Shown: positions 35,130 through 44,872 of the stretch, piece after piece
Numbering within the stretch: position 1 is the stretch's first letter
Layout of the letters: each line of letters starts with the position of its first letter
NCBI GenBank assembly: GCA_032718475.1
Contig: JAUCBJ010005721.1
Coordinates: 1-44,872 of the forward strand
Direction: 5' to 3'
Length of the DNA: 44,872 nucleotides
Source of the DNA: Nemertoderma westbladi
Taxonomy: Eukaryota > Animalia > Xenacoelomorpha
The notes under the pieces: model-generated
What the model saw: only the letters and a program-made list of their open reading frames with translations
What the model was told of the DNA's origin: nothing
The model's database searches: none
Program-made: the position numbers and the translations under genes

Positions 35130-36333
35130 GTGTCGGCAGACTCTATTCGCCTGACTAACACCGATACCAACACTGGCTAGACTGACTGTCAGTGGTCGTC
35201 ATAGGCCTCTAAACGGGCCCGTCTTTCTTTGTTTTTTTTTTAATTTTTATATTTATGTTTATAACTATGTTGCTAGGAAACTGGTACAGGAAAAGTGTAC
35301 AGTACAGAATGATAATGTATATAGTTTTAAATGTGATGTTTGCCCTAAACAAAAGAAATATAAAAGAGGAATTAGCCCAAAAAAACCACATATAGCAACA
35401 GCAGTGAGCAGTACTGGTACTGAGTACAGGCATATCATGGTATAGGCCTACCACATTTCCTAAGGCAACATTATTGCTGCATTGTACTGGTATTGCTGAA
35501 TTCCAAACCCACCTGATATATCCTGCAGTCTCCTAGCAACCAGCTGATGCCAGGCCTAATAATTTTTGGATAGATAAATTTATTATTACTGCAAGACAGT
35601 TACACAGATGCTGCACGAAGACCCCACGCAAACTCAACTTGGAAAATTTCTAGACTTTTGCCAGACTACATATGTACCAAGTTTAGATATATTCTATCGA
35701 GATTTGACTGAGTTATTAACGTTTAAAATTGGACACAACAGAACAACAGATCAACAGAACAGAACAACAGAGCAACAGACACACCGATTGAGTTAGTGGT
35801 GCCTGTATGCTAAGCTCGCTTACTTTCGTCGCTCACCCCACAACCAACTCTCACCTCGCTTTTCCCACTAGTTGAGAGAGAGGCATCTCCACTCTGCCTA
35901 TCCCTTTACACTGTTAAAGTTCTTACACTACATGATGGCCACCCCCCATCAATCCCACATCTTCGACATCCTGACCCACTGTATCATGTCCCAAGTATGC
36001 TCATATGTAAGCGAGAACCACACCCAATTTTTATTGACTGGGAAATGCATTCATCAGGTAGACCTCATACTACCAATGAGCTTGGATGATGATCCTCCTA
36101 TAAATCCTCCTGCCGCTATCCTATGTAAGGAATTCCGATTCCTATGTAAGGAATCAAGTTATGCAATGCTAATCATTCGTGAGTACACAAATGATTCGTG
36201 TAATCTCTAGACCGTTTATTTAAGTTTAATTAAGTAGGCCTCCAGTTTTCTATGTGCACTTCTATACATTTTTGTACACTTGTTTATTATGTTATTATAT
36301 TATATGACAATTACAGTATTTTCATTTACTTAC

Positions 36334-36545
36334 ATATGTAAATCAATAGCACTGTGAGAATGATGCAACCGAATTCAATAGTAAAGGCAACCATGAAGAA
36401 GTTAACAGCGATTAGGACATCTACGATGGTTGGAATTAGAGTGAAGATTAGGTGTTGGGTGACAATTCGAAGACTTTCAGTTCCGCGGTCGATAATTCGG
36501 ATAACGGATCCGGTGTTCCGACTCAGATGCCAACAAAGAGACAAA
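36334..36545 (-). CDS. ABCB6: ABCB6-like exon 3
   Basis: tttcag|T TTG TCT...ATA T|gtaagt; LSLCWHLSRNTGSVIRIIDRG...IFTLIPTIVDV. Confidence 0.92.
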
Positions 36546-36850
36546 CTGAAATGGACCCAAATTGCAATTAAATATATCTTATGTATGCAGTATATCTTTG
36601 TATATCTTATTATTTCATAGTTATACGAAATCAGGATTATTACTTTTGAACATTATTTGACTATTTCAAATAATTTGACTATTAATATTGCTGCTGTTTC
36701 AGCCTGTTATGACATATGAACTTCAACTTAAAATTTAGGAACACAGTTTACAGTAAAAGTTTTACTTTTTAGGTACTTATTATTCCATATCAATTTAACA
36801 TGAATTCCATGGGCAGGCAAAAGCAGCACCAATTGGAAATTAAGTATTAA

Positions 36851-37203
36851 GTAGCGGTAGCGGTAGCGGTAGCGGTAGCGGTAGCGGCAGCGGTAGCGGT
36901 AGCGGTAGCGGTAGCGGTAGCGGTAGCGGTAGCGGTAGCGGTAGCGGTAGCGGTAGCGGTAGCGGTAGCGGTAGCGGTAGCGGTAGCGGTAGCGGTAGCG
37001 GTAGCGGTAGCGGTAGCGGTAGCGGTAGCGGTAGCGGTAGCGGTAGCGGTAGCGGTAGCGGTAGCGGTAGCGGTAGCGGTAGCGGTAGCGGTAGCGGTAG
37101 CGGTAGCGGTAGCGGTAGCGGTAGCGGTAGCGGTAGCGGTAGCGGTAGCAGTAGCGGTAGCGGTAGCGGTAGCGGTAGCGGTAGCGGTAGCGGTAGCGGT
37201 AGC
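36851..37203. repeat. (GTAGCG)n microsatellite, about 59 units
   Basis: Directly visible, with two substitutions. Lies in intron 2 of the transporter. Confidence 0.98.
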
Positions 37204-37381
37204 ACGACTCAAACCCTACCTATTATAATTACGTTTATACCGTATATAACATTTAAATTCACCGAACTTTTTTATTTCTTTTTGTGCTAGGCCTAATTTT
37301 TAACAATTTATTGTAATGAATTATATCAATTATATCAAGTAACAGGTTATTATAGTTATTGTTATTGGTTGTGAATATTAC

Positions 37382-37589
37382 CTGTGAATATGTCTCAGAA
37401 GACCAATGGATATGGTTATCGTTAAGTGTTGTTGTAGCGGTATGAAGAGATAATCTTTAATATTGTTTAGAAGACCAATACCTGTGAAACCGCTGCCTTC
37501 AACAAAACGAATTGCCACGTAGGTTAAGATTAATGTATATGGAAGTGTTATGGGATGATTGTCATTAGGTGTTGGTGTTTGGTGGTCCA
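37382..37589 (-). CDS. ABCB6: ABCB6-like exon 2
   Basis: tttacag|TG GAC...CAC AG|gtaat; YVAIRFVEGSGFTGIGLLNNIKDYLFIPLQQ...LLRHIH. Confidence 0.88.
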
Positions 37590-37851
37590 CTGTAAATAAA
37601 TTAAATATTTACATTATATGATATGATATGACACATGTGGACATAAACAACACTTGCTTCTTGTTATGTAACCACTGACCCAATATATATAACATCCTGC
37701 GAAGCGGAGGCGGCTAGACGGCTCTGTCTCGCGAGGAGTACTGAGGCACCGCCAATGCTGTATAGGATTTGGTTAGAGATGTGTTCATTGTACTAGACAA
37801 TGTATCACAAAGACACAATGAATGGTGGTGAGTGGATTATTTCTCACTAAC

Positions 37852-38020
37852 CTATTCGTTTGAAGAGAATGGGAACAAAGAGATTAGCCACACGACCAAC
37901 AACTATTAGCAGCAAACATAATATGAGATTCAGTTGAAGGAAAGGTTTCCCTGTTGGCCATAAGTAATATAACATCTTACGAAAACTCCGCAAGTAACGA
38001 AGAGTCGAGATCGAGACCAT
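37852..38020 (-). CDS. ABCB6: ABCB6-like exon 1 (first identifiable coding exon)
   Basis: ATG at 38020; MVSISTLRYLRSFRKMLYYLWPTGKPFLQLNLILCLLLIVVGRVANLFVPILFKRI G|gttag. Resembles the YLWP..S..LQ start of the ABCB6 core. The start position is less certain than the donor site. Confidence 0.8.
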
Positions 38021-38450
38021 TATTCAATCAATAATGTTATAAATTATATTTAAATTTAACTTTTACAACTACAAATTATATAATACAACATAACTTATTA
38101 TCTTAGCAGGTTGGTTTTAGGAGACATGATAATCTAAAAATAGATTTCTATACAACATGTACGCACATGATGGATCACCCCACCCACCCCATGCCTGAAA
38201 GGGGTAAAACACTTTTGAAAATGGCCATCTCTGATTTTTTGCACACAAGTAGATATGGGTCTAAGGGTCTCAAATCCAAAAAATGAAAATATTTTGTCGA
38301 GATCTTTTTTTAATCGCTATTTTTCTTTTTTTTCGTGAAAAATACAAGTAGCGCTAATAATTGGGATCCCAGATTTATATAAAATGCTGTAATTTTAGTC
38401 GTTATATAGGTTTTCGAGGTCGCTGAGTAAAACAGTAACTATAAAAAAAA

Positions 38451-39232
38451 AAATATATAAATATATAGAAACAATGTGAAACCAGTATCCTATCAAAAAT
38501 AAAACCTAACTACAAATAAACACTTTAATAACTGCACGAATAACTATCCTATATATTAGAAAATACAGGACTACTTTTAGTCCGCCGAAAGGGGTAAGTA
38601 TACATAGTAAATTTGATAAAAATAAAGGGTTTCAGGATTTAAACACTGTACCCGGGGAAACACAGCTCCATCATCAGCAGTGTACTGTGAGTCCCTACCC
38701 TATCTAAATACGGCACAGTACCAATTGACCAATATAATACAGGAAATGAAACCAAATACTGAAATAGAGAAATAAAACAAATCAGTCCGGTAGTAAATAG
38801 ATGAAACCCAAAAACTGATACCACTAAAGCCTAAATAAAATACGTCATGTAACCAAAATAAGAATTAACCCAAATGAGAATAGTGACCAAATAGTGAACT
38901 ACTATATCTAACCTGCATAACAAATAAATCTATAATGGCTGTATTGCACAGTCTAATAATAGATGTGTTATTTAATGGTATGAATACAGCAGTAAATAAC
39001 AACCCAAAGACCATACAGACACCCCCCCCAAACACTGATAGACTAATGATACCCAGTAGAAACTCCCAGAACTAGAAATGTACAAGAAATATATAAGGAA
39101 CAATAGGGGTACAGTACAACCTGACTGGCGAAATATATATATATAGAAACAATGTGAAACCAGTCTTCTATCAAAAATGAAACTAACTACAAATAAACAC
39201 TTTAATAACTGCACGAATTACTATCCTATATA
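38451..39232 (+). repeat. Two diverged ~105-bp direct repeats about 680 bp apart
   Basis: atatatagaaacaatgtgaaaccagt...aataactgcacgaat.actatcctatata at about 38451-38555 and 39130-39232. Confidence 0.85.
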
Positions 39233-39505
39233 GTATCCAACACTAGAAGCAATCTTTTCTAATGAGCTGAGGAACCGCTGGGCTCCCTCTAGTGATTCTG
39301 AGAGTACTCCTACGTAATTGGCAAAGTCTAGATCAGTTAGGTACTTGGCAGGATTTCCTCGACGTCTGGAGCCAGTAGGTAAAGTTACCATCACCCCATC
39401 ATCATTATGATGATCTAAGGACATGCGTAAAACATAGTCAACCACAATTATGAACAAGTGTGTAAGCGCAAGTGTGTCTCCCTGGAGGACTCCCATAACA
39501 CTTCC
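39233..39505 (-). mobile_element. Internal RT fragment of the RTE family
   Basis: GVLQGDTLA...GNPAKYLTDLDFA...LEGAQR is near-identical to about 16335-16600. Confidence 0.88.
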
Positions 39506-40289
39506 AATCCTTAAATAAATGAAGACTAATGCAGTTTTCCTGTCGCCTTAGTTACCTGAAGTTTTAATCATTCAGTGTTAAGCGCAGTATTGTAAACTTA
39601 TGCATGGAAAGAAATTATTAATACTTGGCATTGTACCTGACATTAGGACAACTATGAGAATCTCATGAAGATCTGGCTAAGATTAGGACTTCTGTATATA
39701 TAAACTTTCTAATGAATATACGCTAGCTGTTGGCACGAAAATTTGTAATATACTACTATGATAATGAGTCATAGTAGCCTCGACCCATACAGCTGGCATA
39801 ATATCACGAAAAGTAACCTGGTAAATGTTGGTTAACAACGAAACCTGGAGACTCTTGTGGATTAATTCTGGTCCTTCCATGACATTGCCAATCGAGACCC
39901 CACAAACGCAAATGATTTGGGCATTGCCATACATCTGCCTATATTTATTACAGTGTCGAGATCCATCCACACCCTTCATTAACATTTTTTCCCACTCCCG
40001 AACTGCACCTTCTCACATGCCCTTTCAACACTATCTACAATGGGATCCACAAGATTTGGCTATAGTCCGAAGTCACTTGGCTGAAGAGTTTCCATGTGCA
40101 GAAAGAAGGAGGTTGTTTCTCCATGGAGGTTGTTTACTGGTAACAATTGCAGCATACTACTGAAGAATCTGGACAACTTACAAGCAACTTCTCCCGTTTC
40201 TGTGTTACCCATTACTATATTAACTAACTGTTGTTCCAATTCGTCCTTCTTTTGAGAAGCAACTTCTCCCGTTTCTTTGTTACGGTTTA

Positions 40290-41300
40290 CTATCATCATA
40301 AATCATGCCTCCTCTTCAAAAAGGCCTTCCTCAGGTAGATGCCCAATGCCATCCACCTTCAACTCACAGAGGATGACTTCCAAGACCTCGACAAGGTTGC
40401 AGACCAGGCTGACGCACTGTGGGAAGCTTCCTGCAAAAGCCGACTCATGGCCAGTGTCATCAAGAAACATTAGATTATCATTAGATTAGAGATTATAGAT
40501 TATGATCATTAGGTTAGACTGGTGCTACTTCCACCAGAAGTTTGGCCCCAAGAAGGCCACAAAGTGCCAGCAACCCTATGGTTACCAGGGAAATGCCACG
40601 GCCAGCTGATAGTCGCAGCTTCAATGGCTGGCCGCCCCGACCTGCTGCTATTGCCTGGGACAGGGTTTCCAGGCAATACGTGGACACTGGGGCCAAAGTG
40701 AGTGTTTTTCCCACAACAACTCGTGAGAAACGTTTGGGTGCGAATGGGCCACCTCCTCCTCGCTGCCAACAAAATTAACATTCGCATGTATGGGGACCAC
40801 ATTACTAAATTTGACTTCCATTGGTCACATTTCCAGTGGAAGTTTATCTCTGCCGACATCGCCCAGCCTCGCCTTGGAGCTGACTTCGTATGGGCCAACA
40901 ACCTGTTGGTCGACCTGAAAGGATGCCGTCTGGTTAATGCCAATACCTGTATATCAAGGGTGTGTTCGTCCCCACAGCCGCCACCACCATCATGCGGCCT
41001 CTCTATGCTGTCCTCGTTGGTAAGCCCAATACTCTCGTCTGGTCTCCACACATGGTGGCCACGTTCTGCAATGCCAAGGAGGCCCTCACCCACATAACGA
41101 TGCTGGACCACCCCAACGCTAACGCCCCAATGGCACTCACCATGGATGCATTCGGCACGGTGGTGGGGGCTGTCCACAAGCAATTAGTCACAGACTCATG
41201 GCACCCCTGAGCATTCTTCAGCCTCCAACTACGACCGCAGGATATGAAATTCAGGGTGGTTGACCACGAACTGTTGGCGCCGTACCTTGGGTTTGAGATC
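40290..41300 (+). mobile_element. Decayed, internally deleted Ty3/Gypsy element
   Basis: WCYFHQKFG...KC Gag knuckle, YVDTGAKVSVFP protease, ADIAQPRLGADF, then a jump to the RNase H LTMDAF..VGAV block. RT core missing. Confidence 0.8.
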
Positions 41301-41518
41301 AGGTCTGTTGTCATTGGTCTACTGACAAACCAATTCAAACTGACCATTGGCTTTTTTTCTAATCAGAAGGTCACAAGTTCGAGTCTTAGAAAAGCAATAT
41401 TCTTTTTCCCAGCTCTGCGTTAACTCCAGAGTACTAGCTTTGAACCTCCCAGCTGTAGTGAGAGTCTGACATATCATCTACGTGTTCTCCAGGACTACTA
41501 TCAGCGCTAGTAGTAGGG

Positions 41519-41757
41519 TCTTGGGCGGCTCGGCGACAGTTAGACCCAACTCATGACTCATCGCTTAGGAATGTGACGCCTTGGGTGTCATTGGCGCCAG
41601 ACTGTCTGGGTGACACCTCCCAATTAGGCTAATTAGACCCCTATTAGGGTTTAATTGTACTAATTAATTGATGACATCTGTCAATTACTTGGTCTTTACT
41701 CACATTCCTAAGCGATGAGTCATGAGTTGGGTCTAACTGTCGCCGAGAGGCCCAAGA
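41519..41757. repeat. 58-bp inverted repeat pair with a structured spacer
   Basis: 41519-41576 versus 41700-41757, two mismatches. Confidence 0.92.
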
Positions 41758-42802
41758 GGGTGTCATAAGTGACACCGCGGCTCTTTTATTCATTAATACT
41801 TATTTATTTATACCTACTTTTAATTAATTATTTGCATTTTATTTTATTTGTATTTAATTCTAAATTAATTATTCATTTGTACTTTATTTTAAATTAATTA
41901 ATTGTATATATTACTTTTACTTTATACATTGATTTCTATTTTTAGATTAAGTAGTTTTTATATTACCAATGAGATCACTATGACATCATGTCTATATTTA
42001 GCTATATAATTACCTATTGCATCCCCCGTTCACCACATTCCCGGCAACTATCAACTACGTTCATCGGCGGGGGACCCTCCTCTGCCATCATTATTCATTA
42101 ACTAGATACGACAGGCAGTGAATCTATACGTATACCCCCCAAGGCAAATATAAATGAGCAGTCCCGTCTGTTAGCAGCCCCATCGATGACTCACTAATAA
42201 TCCCATCGCGGCCTTGACTACAGCAAATCCGTATATCGCCCAAGGCTAATGCTCAAGCGGCCCTCCATTGTTCCCACTATAGCCGGCGTCGCTTTGTCCC
42301 TTTCCTATATCCAGGCAGCCCGTATCATAACAATGAAGCGCCTCTAAACACGCAATCCTCTCTACTAATCCCTTTCCTTTGTACCAGACCTATTTACTAA
42401 AACGTTCTCTCAGAGAAGGCATCTTTCTCCTGAAAAAGGGTTAAACCAAGCGTTACTCGCGGAGACCAGCAACCCTATTAATATAAACAGTCTCTATTTA
42501 ATAAAAACTGTTCTGACTATATCTTTTGTTATTGTTAATGTTCTTATATTATTTATTATTAATGTTGATGGTAAATTATTTATCCGTTGTTGTTATATTA
42601 TTTAATATTGATGTTGTTGGTAAATTATTTATTCTTGTTTCCCCATATTGTTTAAAAAATATAAGATGTTTAACCGGTTATTTTTCATTTTTTTCTCTAC
42701 GATAATACATTATAACATTTATGATATATAACACACTCAATAATGAACATAAAACACTTAACAAGTAACACATAATTTAATATAATTTATAAAAATTAAA
42801 GT

Positions 42803-43222
42803 TTAGATTTTTTCCTTCAACCAGCAGGCGAGCAGTCTCTCATTTTTATTTAAATCTTCCCCAAAAAAATTTAATGGAGTAGAAGTTTTTCCTCTTTCGT
42901 ATAAATAAAATAAACAATAACCCCCACAACTAGTTCGCAGCGGGTGTTGAACAATCTGCCTCGTTCTAAACCACTTTTTAGTATTACGTAGCAACCAGTC
43001 CTCGATTTGCGGGGGTGGATATCGCGCGAATGAATCAAAATATTCACCACGGTCACAGTCTACGAAAATTGCAACCCAATGCATCCCGGGTAAATGAGCC
43101 GCTTGAGTATTTGATATGAAACTCATTTTTTTATTCTGCTTATTGGGTAGGCGATTTATAGGAAAAGACCCCTGATAATGTTCCCCTAAGGGGAAATTGT
43201 TTAAATCGTTAGAGTTTAACAT
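42803..43222 (-). CDS. Adenain-like (C5) cysteine protease of the Polinton
   Basis: ISNTQ...PGMHWVAIF...GEYFDSF...QIVQ....SCGGYCLFYL provides His, Asp, Gln and Cys catalytic motifs. Intact 139-aa ORF. Confidence 0.92.
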   Translation of the reverse strand: MLNSNDLNNFPLGEHYQGSFPINRLPNKQNKKMSFISNTQAAHLPGMHWVAIFVDCDRGEYFDSFARYPPPQIEDWLLRNTKKWFRTRQIVQHPLRTSCGGYCLFYLYERGKTSTPLNFFGEDLNKNERLLACWLKEKI

Positions 43223-43270
43223 TTTCTAGAAATTGATTTACACTTGTTTGCTTCACTCTTTCAAATTATT

Positions 43271-44523
43271 TTAGAATATTGATACTGCCCCACTTTCACT
43301 AATATTTATCGTTCTATCGTATGCTGCCCACATTATAACATTTATTGTAGCTCCTAATGCATGACCAAATGAAATTTCAAGCCTCGCATTCCCAAAACGA
43401 TGCATTGGTCTTTCATCATCATCCAGATGACCACTAGGCGAAAGATTCCAGATAAAGAAAGGATAACGATCTCGAAACTGATTTGGTGTTATCCCATTAC
43501 TCGTACCACGTGTTATCGATAATAAATTATTTTGGAGGGCGCAATATTCATTGATAAACTCTCCACTATTAAAATTAGGCTTATAGGTTATTCCTCCGAG
43601 AACTTTGCCATCTAGTGTCAACTGTAGGTAATTACAATGGAAATGCTCAAACAATAACGAATTTCTTAATAAGTTACCATTATAGGTGTCATTGCGAACG
43701 AGGGCAATAACTACAAAACGGGGAAGGTTCTTATTGGTAAATAAATTTTCTCTAACAATCGAACGCTACCCATTAGCAATAGTAAACGAGGTCACTTCAT
43801 TCTGAATAATAGGATAAACGAAATCGCTGATTTTGAGTTGAGTAGCGTGTTGCTCACGTAAATGGGAATCTAGTTTCGCTCGTTTTATTTTCAGTTTAGC
43901 ATTTGATATTAGTATATGAGGTCTAACCACATTAGCCGGGCACACTAGATTAAATTCAATAACTGCCCTAGTCAACCTTATTTTTATACTGGTTTTTGGA
44001 GGTAAAAATCGTACTTGGTTGAAAAGATCAATATAAAGTCTACCCTGAACATGATATTGTCTGCTTTGTAAATCTTCCGCTGCTGCAAATTCCACCGGGA
44101 GACCCGCCTCATCTTGCTCGCCGTAACCCGCGGCAGCTAATATTCTTGATTTGGTAACAGTATCATTCAATAATACACTATTCAAAAACGCTTTATATGC
44201 ATAATTTGAGGTATTACTCTCTATTTCACGCTCATTAATCAAAACACTAATATTAGAGAAGAGTGTTGCAAAATTAGCGGCGTTTGATGTATCGCGGCAT
44301 TGTTTGGGCGCGCCGTTGTTACAACTCGATATACTAATTCTAAAATTGTTTCTTGGGCTACAGTATAATGATCTTCCGACCTCTCAATTGAAAAATCAAT
44401 TATTGAAGTACCCTCCCCAAGCATTGTAATTGGGAAAACGTCATGCTCAAAACATTCTTCTATCGCATCCTGTGAATCGATACTACTAAATAGATTAAGT
44501 TCCTCATTAACAAAATCCTCCAT
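43271..44523 (-). pseudogene. Polinton double-jelly-roll major capsid protein, with one frameshift (about 44290) and one in-frame TAG (43766-43768)
   Basis: ELNLFS..SQDAIE, LFSNISVLIN, NYAYKAFL, GRLYIDLFNQVRFLP, LPRFVVIALV..DTYNG and GNARLEISF. About 415 codons when repaired. Confidence 0.88.
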
Positions 44524-44535
44524 TTTGCCGATTAA

Positions 44536-44872
44536 CTAGCTAAAAATATCGCGACAAATCCGTCGTTTCCTTTTTTTACGTTGTCCGTTTATTGACTGCT
44601 TCTGTTCACTATTTAAAACTTCCTCCATAATTTTGTTTGCTACTTCCCTGGTCGACGGTTTAGAACGCGCTAAAGCCTGATTTATTAATTTCTTCCCCGT
44701 TTTTTTTAATTGGGGAACCCCCTTTCGTATTGCTTGTTTAAGAATTTTCCTCCCAGCTCTTTTGGCCAATGGAACCCCCCGTCGAAGGGCAATACGCGCC
44801 ACGGGTTTAATCACCTTCGGTACTACTCTGGTCGCGATTCGCAATATATTTCCCAATATTCCCTTTCCTCTC
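44536..44872 (-). CDS. Basic pVII-like core protein of the Polinton (5' end outside the window)
   Basis: RGKGILGNILR start, very Lys/Arg-rich, ends RKKRKRRICRDIFS. Lies immediately upstream of the MCP. Confidence 0.65.
   Translation of the reverse strand, partial: RGKGILGNILRIATRVVPKVIKPVARIALRRGVPLAKRAGRKILKQAIRKGVPQLKKTGKKLINQALARSKPSTREVANKIMEEVLNSEQKQSINGQRKKRKRRICRDIFS

Larger units (their letters stand above)
41509..44872 (-). mobile_element. Polinton/Maverick (adintovirus-like) element, one end; continues beyond the window
   Basis: Core protein, MCP and protease cluster. Candidate terminus AGTAGT at 41509 (boundary inferred). Confidence 0.8.

Noticed and set aside
35570-35850. Helitron/Helentron-like non-autonomous ends (also near 6300 and 20640)
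   Set aside because: ACAG-rich microrepeats and small hairpins are suggestive, but boundaries and family cannot be supported by eye.
36840-37212. Poly-LP and poly-AT ORFs
   Set aside because: Translation artefacts of the hexamer microsatellite.
37541-37556. Short match between transporter exon 2 and the RTE sequence (gaagtgttatggg)
   Set aside because: Only about 13-15 bp with no extension, so compatible with chance.
39683-40299. Short ORFs as upstream transporter exons or another gene
   Set aside because: No TMD0-like hydrophobic pattern, recognisable motif or convincing splice pair; only a short local duplication (agcaacttctcccgtttct twice).

Overview
Eukaryotic, probably invertebrate, AT-rich and transposon-dense genomic DNA. 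There is one host gene: a spliced ABCB6/HMT-1-like ABC half-transporter on the minus strand. Nine phase-compatible GT-AG exons run from 38020 to 6685 (about 577 codons), and the last exon appears to lie left of the window. Introns and flanks hold nested mobile elements: a Ty3/Gypsy LTR element inserted into a CRE-like non-LTR element, an RTE-X-like LINE inside another LINE, RTE copies with (TAG)n tails, a tRNA-derived SINE, a piggyBac inside a Penelope-like remnant that carries a hammerhead-like motif, a second CRE-like element with a coding minisatellite, and a decayed Gypsy. The right end holds one end of a Polinton/Maverick (adenain protease, double-jelly-roll major capsid, basic core protein, AGTAGT terminus). 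The most unusual signals are (1) an in-frame two-helix hydrophobic segment between protease and RT in the Gypsy Pol, (2) a transporter that seems to lack TMD0 and has altered substrate-pocket residues, and (3) a 233-bp palindrome able to fold into a T shape. Nothing here proves a new biological system. Family assignments rest on motif recognition by eye, with no database searches.
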